This document shows positions 39,065-51,050 of a stretch of 53,067 nucleotides of DNA, one piece after another. Under the pieces are notes generated by a model, which searched no databases, had not been told where the DNA came from, and was given only the letters and a program-made list of their open reading frames with translations. The stretch is from Welwitschia mirabilis (lineage: Eukaryota): NCBI GenBank assembly GCA_051453625.1, contig JBOZIK010000001.1, positions 17,012,877-17,065,943 of the forward strand, written 5' to 3'. The translations under genes were made by a program, and so were the position numbers. Position 1 is the first letter of the stretch. Every line of letters begins with the position of its first letter.

Positions 39065-39102
39065 AGAGAAGAGGTCTTGATTCTAATCAAGACCTCTTCT
39101 CT
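39065..39102. repeat. Perfect 18-bp inverted repeat with 2-nt spacer
   Basis: AGAGAAGAGGTCTTGATT-CT-AATCAAGACCTCTTCTCT. Confidence 0.92.
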
Positions 39103-40072
39103 AATGAAGAACAAAGCTTTGAGTTAGCTAATGATAACTTTACATTTCTGAAGGGGAGAAGGGAAAATGTGATGCTATGAGAATAACTATGTCACATGCG
39201 GTGTGGCTATAAAATCTTTGAAACTTTCCAAAACCATCAAATTAGGCTATTCCATCATATATAACCTTACTTCTTCTTCTCTGTTTGTCAAGAGGTCTTC
39301 TCTTTTAAGCCATCAGCCTACCCTTGACTCATAGTCATGTCTACAAGAACCAAAGGAAATAGATGCACTGCCTGGGATAGCACAAGACTAGTTGGTGTTA
39401 TCAAATATAGAGCCAAGTTTTTCGTTAGTAGCATGTTGCTAAGGCTAGTTTTAAAAAGGAAAAATTAAATTTGAGGTAAATGTTTGTTAATACTCTTGCT
39501 TTCTGTAGATGTCCATTTGTATTAGATTTTTTTTTAACCAATAGATAAAACAGAAAACTAATTATCAAGCTAGTATTTTTGGATTTGTATTATTTGGTTC
39601 ATAAATGTTATGTTTCTTTTTTCTAGAAGCTCTCTACAAATAAATAAACTACAGAATTGATGAAAGATATGAAATGTAAAATCAAGATGCCAAATGGTCT
39701 CCATAGCTTCTAGTTATTAACATAAGCTTATTGCACAACACCCTTATGCTCACTCATATATAAAAATCCATGCAAGAATGTTTTATAAAGTGTTAAACTA
39801 GTGACAATTATCAACCTTAATGCACTTATATTCCTCAAAATCTTCTATCATTAATGCATTTGCAAATATGTTGGGAATATATCCCATCTTCAATTCTCTT
39901 ATTTTAGTGTTTTGGCATCATGATTCTGATTTCAAAATGCATAATGGGTTCACAACCATTATTCCTAGTGAAATCGCAAGCTAGAATCACAAGTGCTCCT
40001 AGTGAAATTGTAACTTAGGATTAATGTTAAAATGTATAACACTTTCACTATGCCTAGTGAAATCATAACCTA

Positions 40073-40085
40073 GGTTATGATACCA
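40073..40085 (-). promoter_or_regulatory. tRNA-iMet-type PBS of D
   Basis: Reverse complement TGGTATCATAACC versus canonical TGGTATCAGAGCC, 3 nt from the LTR end at 40089. Confidence 0.8.
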
Positions 40086-40088
40086 AAA

Positions 40089-41695
40089 TGTAATGTTCAA
40101 ATTTTTAACCCAAAACTATGAATGTTACTTTATGTATTGTTTTCAATGTTTCTTATCATAATTATGTACTAAATTAAATTTTTATGATGTTTTAAATAAA
40201 ATCTCAATCTAATATGAAAATATAATTATAAGGAGGTGAATATAGTATGATAATAACATGATGAAGAATAGTTTCATAGATTAATAGGAGAGTTTTTAAT
40301 GTTTATATAACATTCATATAATAATTTATAATAATGTTACTCTTTCAAATGTTACAATTGCAAGTACATAAAGCATAAATTAAGTATAAAAAGTATCCTA
40401 AGCCATCAACAGCAAGAACTTCTTTCTCAATGACCAGAATCTATGCTAGTATCTAAACCTATACATATAATATGGTATGAGACTTGTGAAATCATCACAA
40501 TCCTCAATATGGTCCATGGTAAGTATGGAATGATAAGGAGATCTCAAGTGAATAAGGGATAACAAGAATAAATTAGAAATGACCAAGGCTCCATTTTAAG
40601 TTTATCTTCTTTAACCATTACTTCATAATAGATTTTGATAATCTAATTGCATACAATCTAGAAGGGACAAATAATAAATTGGTCATATTTTTCCTATTCA
40701 TCCTAGAAATTTAGTCCCATGGCCTCGAGACTCCCTTTAGGGAGTATCATTCCCTGAAGTCCAAATAATGGGTTACCCTGACCAGTTTATTTTCATATTT
40801 AAAAATCATTAGTCAAGGTTAATAACCAAATAATTCAAATCAATAACCTATCATAAGGATTAGATAAGATGGGAAGCATTGCGATGTAAAGTACCTAAGA
40901 CAACACTAACATGAGATGTATGTAGTCTAAACAAATCATGCAAAATTTATTGATATATAAGAACAAGCATTTAAATCATTTAAAAATAAAGACTATTCAA
41001 GATGTAAAAGATAAACACCATGCAAGAAAATAAAAGAAAAACCCAAGAATCATACAAGAATGAAATGAAGATCATAAAGCCATAGCTAAAATAAAAGGAA
41101 GACTCTAGAATTCCTAAAGATTCTAAGGCTCTAAGATATTAAGGCTTATCCAAGCTCTAAGGTTTGATAGTAAAGCCTTCTTAAGATATGAAATAAGAGG
41201 AGAAGAGGGTCCTATTTATAGTTGAAGATGTGGAATGCAAAAGGATACAATAACATGAAAAGACACAATCATAAAGAAGGATGATCAAGGTCGTAAAAGT
41301 AATAGGGATATTGTAACCTTCTTATTCACTTCCATGCCAGGCCACTAGATGCATTAATATCTTAGTAATAAATAATAATGCTCATCATGTAATTATTAAA
41401 ATAATAAGTAATTTCCAAAAACCACATCAAAACTATTTTTTAGTTTAAATGGAGATAAGTGCAACAATTACAACAATTTAAGCACTAAAAAATCACAATT
41501 AGATCTCTCAAAATTTTAAATAAAGATACTATTATGACTATTTCAAAATGAGAGGAATTATAGCATAAAATTTTCATGATAAAATTACACCTTAGGGAAT
41601 TAGAAAATAAATACATGCAATAATTAAACTAGCTTGAGGCTCTATAACATTAAGAATTATTTAGAATCTTAGACCTTGAAAGCCTGGACGTGATA
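40089..41695 (-). repeat. 5' LTR of D
   Basis: TGTAATG...GTGATA; colinear with 24337-25854, with an extra ~100 bp near 40780-40880. Confidence 0.92.
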
Positions 41696-41700
41696 TAGAC

Positions 41701-43995
41701 TCATTGGATAGATCCTCCTCATGCAAGAATTTAATCCTACCATCATTAATAAACTAGGAAAACATAATAGTGTCATAGATCATGTCTTGTCTCTTTTCTT
41801 GATGATCTCTCCATTAATGATTTTTTTTTTCCAGATGAATAATTTTTATCATATTCTTTACTCATCCTCCTTCTTGGTATGCTGACATAGATAATTATCT
41901 TGTTATCATAAAAATACCATAACATTAGAGTCATAATTAAAAAAATTATTTTTCCATAGAATAGATAATTATGAATGGAATAAGCCACATATTTACTGTG
42001 GGCACAAAGACCAACTCATGAGAAAATATGTGCCTACATGGGGAAAATTAGACATCCTTCATATTTTCCAGGGTGGCCTTTTTAGAAGTCATTTTCGTGG
42101 ATAAAAAATAACAATGAAAAATTATTCACTCTGGTTTTTATTAGCCTAGTCTTTCGTAGGATTCTTTTAATTTTTGTAGAAGGTGTGACATTTGTCAATG
42201 TTATAGTAGCCTTGTTCATTTCCAAGATATACCCCTTAAACCTATTCTTGAATGTGAACCTTTTAATTATTGGGAAATTAATTTTATAGGTCCTATTAAA
42301 CCATCTTCTAATAATCAGAATTACATTTTAGTAACTATTAATTATATTACTAAATGAATTAAAGATATTCCTACTTTTACAACTGATGACTGAGCTATTT
42401 ATAATTTTATAATAACTTATATTTTTCAATGTTCTGGTTTTTCTAAAGTTATCATTAGTGATCAATGAACTAATTTAAAAAATCATTTTTTAGAAAACTT
42501 CTTTTATCCATTGGAACTAAATATAGANNNNNNNNNNNNNNNNNNNNNNNNNNNNNNNNNNNNNNNNNNNNNNNNNNNNNNNNNNNNNNNNNNNNNNNNN
42601 NNNNNNNNNNNNNNNNNNNNNNNNNNNTCTTTGTGATTAAGAAACTTTATGCAATCTCTTCTACTCATCTTACTCCTTGGTATACTAATATCATAAACTA
42701 CCTTATTACTATTAAAATACCTTAGCATTGGAACCATTACCAATGTAAATCTTTTCTTTATAAGATTGATAACTATGAATGAAGTGAACACAACTTTATA
42801 AAAGATACAAAGACCAAATCATGCATAAGTATATGCCTAAGTGGAAAATCCTAGAAATTCTAAAACTTTATCATGGTGGAGTATGTGGAAAACACTTTAA
42901 TGGCCAAAATACTATCATGAAAATTCTTCACTTTAGGTTTTATTAGCCTATCCTCTTCAATGATTCATTTGACTTTTTTATGAGGTGTAATGCATGTCAA
43001 TGTTATGGTAGCTTAACTTGTTTTTAAGATATTCTTGTTAAACCTATACTTGAATGTGAACCTTTTGATTATTGGGGGATTGAATTTGTAGGCCCTCTTA
43101 CATCACTTTCCCATGATAAAAATTATATCCTTGTGGCTATTGATTATGTTACTAAGTGGGTTAAAGCTATTCCTACTAAAAAAAATGATGATTGAACTAT
43201 CTTCAATTTTGTTCAAACTCAAATCTTTTAATGTTTTGATTTTTTAGAAATCATCATTACTGATTAGCATAATTATTTCATTAATTACATTTTTTCAAAA
43301 CTTATTTTATCCATTAGTATTGAACATAGAACTGCATATACTTATCAATCTTAAACTAATGGCCAAGATGAAGATGCAAATAGAGAAATTAAAATGATGC
43401 TCCAAAAATCAGTTTCTATTAATAAGATAATGTGGTTCTCTAAACTTAATGATGTTCTTTAGGCTTATCATACTACTTAGAATAACTCTCTTAATTTCTC
43501 ACCATATGAAATTATGTATCGAAAAATTTGTATATTGTCAATTGATGCTTGCTATAACTATGATTGATTCACTCATCAACTTAATATTATAGACTTGAAC
43601 AAAAGTCTTAGAACTCAATTATCCTAGCTTAATTATTTAGATGAAAAATGTACTCATGTCATACATCATCAACTCATTCACAAAGCCCAAGCTAAGTTTA
43701 AGCATGATAAAAAGTTAATTCATAAATAGTTTGAATGTAATTAAATTTTTCTTTTAGAGTGTATCTTTTACATAAAAAGTTAGCCTCTAAATGTTTAGGT
43801 CCTTATCTTATAGAGAAAGTATATTATAATGGATTTATTAAGATTTCCAACTTAGATACTAGAGAGATTCAAAAAGTTAATGGAAAAATGTTAAAACTAT
43901 ACCAAAAACGTTTTGATACAACCTTAAACATGATAGAAGCACTTATCTTGGAGGTTCCTCTTAATGAGAAGAACTTCCTCCCTACCATTAGCTAA
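41701..43995 (+). pseudogene. End of RNase H and integrase of B (partly duplicated across the gap at 42528-42627)
   Basis: 'LIG*ILLMQEF', 'YHGGVCGKHFNGQ', 'EPFDYWGIEFVGP', 'VAIDYVTKWVKAIPT' and C-terminal 'LASKCLGPYLIEKVYYNG..KVNGKMLKLY'. Confidence 0.9.
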
Positions 43996-46900
43996 ATTCT
44001 TTCTTAGCTGATTTCTTTGGAGAATGTTATAATATTAGTTAATCATCTTTAATTTGAATTATGTGTTTATTTTATGAGGTTTCCATAACTAGTACTTATT
44101 ACTTGGGCATTTTACAGTGGTAAAACTGGATTCATCTAATCTTAAGACATTCACATATCTATGAACTTTACTTTGAATGAAGATATCATGGTTCATGTGT
44201 TTTTCTCAATGGTGTGAGATCTTTAGTTGTTTAAATGTATTTCTTTTGGTCTTTCATCTCAATTTTTCACCTTAGTCTTTTAGAGTTTTTAGTTATGTGG
44301 GATTTATTTATTCAAAAAAATAAAAAAAAAGAAAAAAAGAAAAATAAAAAAGAGAAAGAAAGAATAAAGACCATGATCTATTATATCTATTCTAAATACA
44401 TGGTAACCATAATGTCTTATTGCACTAGAGTAAATTGATTTAAAAGGAATATTTAGTAGTGTTAGTATCTATAAAAAATCCAATGGGGGATTAGTTGACC
44501 ATGCTTCATGGGTCCTTAGTTTTCTAACTATGGTTATACTCCTCTCATCATGAAAGATAGTAATAAAACTTTAAGGCTATGTGATTAATGGTGTTTCTAG
44601 TATCATCAAAGGCATTTCTTATTTTCTTAACTCTTAGTATTCCTACATGATCATTTTACTTTTAAGGAATAAGATGTGTTTTAAGGTGTAAGAAGATGAA
44701 TTAATTTCTAAGTAGCTTTTGAACTTATCATTCATTATTTAGAGTACTTAATCTTTGGTATCATCATAGTCACTGTCTTTTAGAGAGAAAATTTATGGAG
44801 TCAGTACATTTTATTATGCATCTTTACTTAGGTGGCTTTTTGATGTCTTTTGAGGATATTTTCTAGGTTAAGATTTAGGGTAGGTATGCTATCTTCTTCA
44901 TATTTCTAGTTGTTTATTTTCATTTTATTTTATTATCATTTTTAGGAATTAGCATTTAGTAGTTTCCTTATTGTTATTTTCATTTTTACTCATGTTATTT
45001 AATCAATAAAAGTTAACTTTCAGTTAGTATTTTGATTAGATAACATTCTTTACAATTACCATGATCTTCCTTTAAGTATATTAGAGTTATACATGTTTTT
45101 CATGATTATTTTTTAGTTTGGATACATTTCTTAATTTTATTTGTCAGGATTCATCCTACTTAGAGTACATTTTCATTACCCTATATTTTTATTATTTAGA
45201 GTATTTCTTATTATTAATCTTTAATTGTCATCATTCTTTATCATTTTCCATATTTTATACTCTTTAATAAATTTAGATTCCTTTATGCTTATATCTAACC
45301 CTAATGTTTTTAGCTAGCATCTCCATTTTTAAAAACATCTTTAAAGTCTTATTATTCACTTAGTTATCTAGATGACCAGTTGGATGATAGCCTAAGATTT
45401 TCTGATAGTTATCTTAAGGCTATCATTTAGATGACCAAATCAGATAAAAGTGCAACAAAATTATGTCTTGACCTTCTTTTCTACCATTTTTCTTTATTCT
45501 TGCATCATTTTCATTCATTCTTTCAAGAAATAAGCATCACATTTAGACCTCTTGATGTTTTAAAACTTTCACCTCTGAGCTTAGCACCCAAGATTATAAG
45601 ATTTGAGTGAATTTGTTAAAATGAGGTATGTTTTTCTCTTACTTACTAGTTTTGATTTTTCTCTTGTTTTTTATCTTTTGAAAGTCTAATTTTCACATAC
45701 ATTGTTTATTTTTTCATTCTCTCAAATTTTAGTTATAGATTTCATGTTCATTAAGTATTTTATGAGATATCTAAATTTTTGTACTTTATGAGTTAAAATT
45801 ATGTTTTTATCTTTGAGGANNNNNNNNNNNNNNNNNNNNNNNNNNNNNNNNNNNNNNNNNNNNNNNNNNNNNNNNNNNNNNNNNNNNNNNNNNNNNNNNN
45901 NNNNNNNNNNNNNNNNNNNACAACATGTTTATTTTTGTTCTACTTTTCTTTAGTTTTTTAATTTGTTATTTTAAAGTTATTTTTATACTTTTTCATCAAC
46001 ATCTAAGACCTTATCATTCAGTAGTTTCTTTGTTGTTATTCATGTTATTTTCATCACTTAATTTTATTTTAGCACTTTAATTAGATGATTTCATAATTTG
46101 TATAAGATTCCTTTAAGTTTTTTTAGAGTTCTACATATTTTTAGGATTATTTATTAGTTTAAACATTTTTGTTTAGTTTTTTTTTTTTTTGATAGCTTTC
46201 AACCTACTTAGTGCATTTTCATCATCCTATCTTTTATTTTCTTTGACTTTTCCTCACCATCCTTATTTTATTATGACTCTTCATTATTTCCTATCTTTTG
46301 AGTTTTCTGATACATTCTAATATCTTCATGATGATATCTAAGGCTAAATTGTTTGATTGATATCTCAAATTTTCTAAAATTTTTCAAAGTTTTATTATCC
46401 ACCTAGTCATCTACATAACACTGGAGGACGAGACTAGGATTTTTTTTGATAGTCATCTTAGGATTGTCATCTAGATGAAATGACTAAAAAATAGTGCAAT
46501 AAAACTATGGCTTGACTTCTTTTCATTTATTTTTCTTCTATTTTCTATTATTTTTTCCTATTCTCTCAAGAGATAATAGTGTTCATGATTCATACCAATA
46601 TTTCAAAACTTATCCCAGTTAGATTCGTGCCCCAGATTTCTATATTTTACTAGATTTTGCAAAATCAGGTATTTTTTTCTCTCCCCTATTTTCTTTAATT
46701 TTTTCTTCTATTTTTGAGCCTGTTAGCATGTAGTTTTTAGGTATATTATCTAGGTTTTTGTTCTCTTCAATTGGAACTTATAGATCTAGTTTTAACTAAG
46801 TATTTTACAAGTTATGACGAATTTTGTACTTTATGAGGTAAAATTAGGTTTTTATCTTTGAGGAGCCAAAATATAGTAGACCGTATAGGTAAAATAAGTA

Positions 46901-47225
46901 GTGTGATGAGCTCTAAGCTTTTAGATAATTAGTTTTTCAATTTTAATACTTTTAATTTTTGACCTTCTGAGGGGTCTACCTATTTTATACTTTTTTATTT
47001 TCTTACATTTCATGCTTATTGTTCATATAATTAGGTAATCTAAGATGTGTTGATTTTATTAACAGGATGGAAAGGACGTATTTTCATGATTTTTACACTA
47101 AAAACTTAATGTATAGGGTTATTTAGAGGTTTATACAAGATATATTTTAGCCATTTTTACTCTATTTTGCATGATGCACTTTATGTTTTTAATTGGTTAG
47201 ACTATGTACATGAGAAGCCAAATAG

Positions 47226-48343
47226 GTTGAGGCTAAGGCTAAGCTATTAGAACAAGAGGTAGGCTTACTAGTCCTCCCTATGATTGAGTATGCAGAGTTC
47301 ACACATTCATCATCTCGCTAGGCTCAATCACGCTTTATATAAAATGCTTCTATCTATGTAGAGAGACACTTTAGAGATTTGATAAGTAGGATTAATCTAG
47401 AGATAGATCAAAGATTGATAGATTTACAACTTAGATGGATAGTGGATATGCATAAAGTCTACTATACCTCTGAGAGTAGAGAGTTTTATGACATAATGCA
47501 CATTGAAAGGTGATTTGATGCTTGTGACTACCTAGTGAATTTGATTATAGCTATAGTCCATGACCATGATATATCCATTGGCTAAAGCCACATTACTAGT
47601 GTTATTGATCTAGATGTCATTAAGAGCATAAATATTTATTTCACTAGTAATATAGAGAAACATCATGCTTATGACACAACATTAGATATACTAGATAATG
47701 TTATAGATGATAAGTTGGGTATTTTGGTGATACATATCTTACTCACCTATTGGATTATACCCAGATGATTGATCTATAACATCAGTCCTTTCTTCCATGA
47801 TAATCATGTCATGATATCCTATCTTAGTTGATAGCAACCTTTAGATAAGAGGAGCATATGGACTTACTGATGTTTATCTATAGAAGACTCAAGACGATGA
47901 TTGAGGCTTATCACATTCAAACTCTAGAATATACATGCCTTCTTTCAGCTATTTTCAAAAGCTTTGATATACCTGAACTTGTTAATAAGTAGCAACTTAT
48001 ACATCTTTAGACATCAGCTTATCACCTATAGGACATGGACATATAGGTTTTAGAAGACACAGAGAGACATAAGGTATAGACATTTATGGTTGATATGATC
48101 TTTAAGTAGATACAAGCTCTCCTTGTAAATACAACACAAGGCCTTAGAGAGGCTATGAACCAAGGTTTTATTGAGCTATGTCAAAGGATATCCATGATTG
48201 AGAGGAGAGTTCAGTATATTAAGGATCATTTGATAGAGATAGGTGATTGCCTCTTACATATTAAACATGGTGTAATAGTTGATATCCTAGAGGAAATTCA
48301 AACATAGGGAGATGAGATCACATGTTTCATTAATAGTCCTTAA
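47226..48343 (+). pseudogene. Athila-type additional 3' ORF (env-like / plant transposon protein) remnant
   Basis: Long frame with scattered stops and at least one frameshift: 'VERHF...LRWIVDMHKVYY..SREFY...IHILLTYWIIPR...LEYTCLLSAIFKSFDI', then a coiled-coil-like tail. Lies between INT and the 3' LTR. Confidence 0.7.
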
Positions 48344-48953
48344 CCATAATTTCCCTATAGATCCTAAGCATCCTTCATTTTTCTTCACTTATACCTGAGT
48401 TTTCACATTAGGATTTTGTTCTGGCACAATGAGGGAAGTGACTTATTTTATGGTATTAGATATCTTCCCTCCATGGATTGTACTTAAAAACTCATGCTTT
48501 TATAGATACATCATTTTTTAAATATCATTGTGATCTCCACTTTTATTGTTAAGATATTATGCACACATCTTTTACATATTTTTAAGACATTTCATCATAA
48601 TGATTTTTTTTATTACACATGATTATTTTATAATATGCTACACATTTAAGTAAGGGGATGTTAATTTTGTTGAGTTTTAATGTTTTTCTATATAAACAAT
48701 TTCTCATAGGCTTTTATTTTTTAAGAATAATTTTTTAGCTTATCATCCCCTTTATTGTTTGGATAATGTATAGGCCAATAGTACGGTCACTTACTCTGCA
48801 TAAGTAAAACATTCAGTTATATATTTTTAACATTTCTATCCTACATGATGATATTTTTGAGTTTATTTTATACTTCACTAGTTGATTTATCTTTAGTCAA
48901 TTTAGCTTGTAATTTTTTTTGTTTACCTAACTTTATTAGAAACTAAGAAGGCT

Positions 48954-48966
48954 AAGTGGAAGGCTA
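48954..48966 (+). promoter_or_regulatory. PPT of B
   Basis: AAGTGGAAGGCTA directly before TGTTGC. Confidence 0.8.
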
Positions 48967-50201
48967 TGTTGCACTGCCAAATTATATGTATTTAATAGAG
49001 TATTTTGATTAGTATTACAAAAAATTAGATAAGTTTATGCTGAGTTTTAATGATAATGGAGAGATAAGGTAAATATCATGAAAACATACTATCTTCATTA
49101 CATTTGACAGCATCTCCTCTAAATTGCAATACTTCTTTTCTAAAGTAAAAATCTTGTAATCAAAGAGATAGATCCAATACAAGAAATAACTTTATCAAGC
49201 CCATTATTCACCTTATCATTCAAATAATAATAGAGATGATAGAAGAAGTTATATAATTAAGGATGCTTATTAGACCAAACTGGTAGCTAACGTGGATCTT
49301 GTATGATGTGGCATTATGTTCTGTGACATCTAGATGATTAATAAGATGACACTTAAAAATAACAATTGATTAAACTTTACTAAACATTTACTATGTATTA
49401 TGTGCCTTCTTATGCAGCTATTGGAGGTTTATCATATCTATTAGGATTTGCTGTTTTTAGAGTTTTATTTGTAATAAATACCTCCTTTTCTGTGGACTCT
49501 AATTTTATCTTCTTTGGTAGCAAAAATTCTCATGATAGGAGATCCATCCCTTGTTGTTGTAGAGATACATCTTCCTTAGTGTTGAGTTATGTATCCTTCA
49601 TTGAGGTACTGCTACTTTATAACTTGGATGTTGGTTTAAATTAATTAAAACTCTATTCTTTTTTCAATCTTTTGTTATGTGCATATCCCTTATTATTTAT
49701 GTTGCTTATGAATCCATAGCATCTTCGTCTATGATATAGATTATGAGAACAACTTTTGTTAAGGTTGACACTAGTAGTTTAGATGCATTACATTTCATTT
49801 GTAGATTAACTTTGCATGTTTTCATATTATATTTAATGAACTTAATGGCTTAGGTTGGTTTTGGTCTGGTAAAGGCTTTCCTTGATTGATCTAAATTATA
49901 AAGGGCTAATCTTTGTGATAGGTTGACTTGGTAATTAAATAGATATTAGAATAGATCTTGCATCTCATTTGCATAGTATGTTTACTTGCACTCTTTACCT
50001 ATATTGAATTTTTTTTCTACTTAGAAAATACATAAATATTTCATTTACAATCAATTCCATTTCTTATGATTTATGTATTTAACTAATTATAACATTCAGG
50101 TCATTCAAATCTATATTACTATGTTGTGTTCTATGATATATATTTGTGATTGACAGGATTTAATAAGAACATGAAAGATTGCATAAATAGGCACCACAAC
50201 A
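48967..50201 (+). repeat. 3' LTR of B
   Basis: TGTTGCACTG...CACAACA; colinear with 16649-17884. Confidence 0.92.
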
Positions 50202-51050
50202 AGGGCCCATATGAAAAGATTGATAAGTCCTTGATAGTTAAAGATTGATGAAGATCCAAATCTAAGAATTCTTAGCTCCAAGCTTTCAAGCTCCAACCTC
50301 TACACAGTGAAGAATGAAAGGAGAGAGAAATTAAAGAAGGAAAGTAAATTGTATGAAAAATGGAAAGTGTCTCCTCCTCCATATAAGAGGAAAGGATTTC
50401 TATATATAGATAAACAAAAATCACAAAGTTCTAGATCACATAATTTATTATTAATAAGTGGGATGAGTAATAAGTAACTTTAGTGTACAAAAATAAATCA
50501 TATTTATGACTCATGCACTTAAATATGATGAGTAATATTTTTCTTCAATTAGCAAGATTAATTACATGTATCATTTCCTCATGCTAGCTTCTTATTAATC
50601 CTTCATAGTCTTATAAGTAAGTTTATTTAATCTAAAAGATGCCTTAAAAGAATAAATGCACAAATCTCAAAATTGTCATATCACATAATGATATAAACTC
50701 TTTAATTCTAATCAATAAAAAAATAAATATGCTATAAATCAAGTGCCCTTACACATCTCAAGAAGATAAAAGTTATGGTATAGTAAATCTACTCATTTAT
50801 CATTTTTGCTTTTAGGTAAGAGTGCATGTACTAGTTTACATAGTTATTTATTTCNNNNNNNNNNNNNNNNNNNNNNNNNNNNNNNNNNNNNNNNNNNNNN
50901 NNNNNNNNNNNNNNNNNNNNNNNNNNNNNNNNNNNNNNNNNNNNNNNNNNNNNNGCTATGAAGCAAGTGCCTTTATACATCTCAAGAAGATAAAAGTTAT
51001 GGTAGATTAAATCTACTCATTTATCATTTTTAATTCTAAGTAAGAGTGCA
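50202..51050 (-). repeat. LTR of element E copy 2, right part (between B and F)
   Basis: 50206-50233 aligns with 14387-14435, and 50338-50420 aligns with 14525-14600. Confidence 0.6.

Larger units (their letters stand above)
24337..41695 (-). mobile_element. Element D: non-autonomous Tekay/Del-like chromovirus derivative
   Basis: Two ~1.5-1.6 kb LTRs, perfect TSD TAGAC (24332-24336 and 41696-41700), Met PBS, Tekay-style 3' end (...GGACGAAACCTCTTAAGGGATGGAGTAA) and a chromodomain remnant. No RT recognised. Confidence 0.85.
16649..50201 (+). mobile_element. Element B: Athila-type Ty3/gypsy element with env-like 3' ORF, hosting a solo LTR, D and C
   Basis: Paired LTRs (TGTTGC...CAACA), PBS, PPT and gag-AP-RT-RH-INT. 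Degenerate TSD (A)AGAG/(A)AGGG. The right flank aligns with the uninterrupted site in E copy 1 (14382-14435). Confidence 0.85.

Noticed and set aside
50202..50206. Apparent TSD mismatch suggesting B's LTRs come from different insertions
   Set aside because: The right flank aligns with the empty site in E copy 1 (14387-14435), so a single insertion with a mutated TSD fits better.
50731..51050. ~100-bp diverged repeat across the gap at 50855-50954
   Set aside because: Cannot distinguish an LTR-internal tandem repeat from a haplotype or paralog overlap; too short to interpret.
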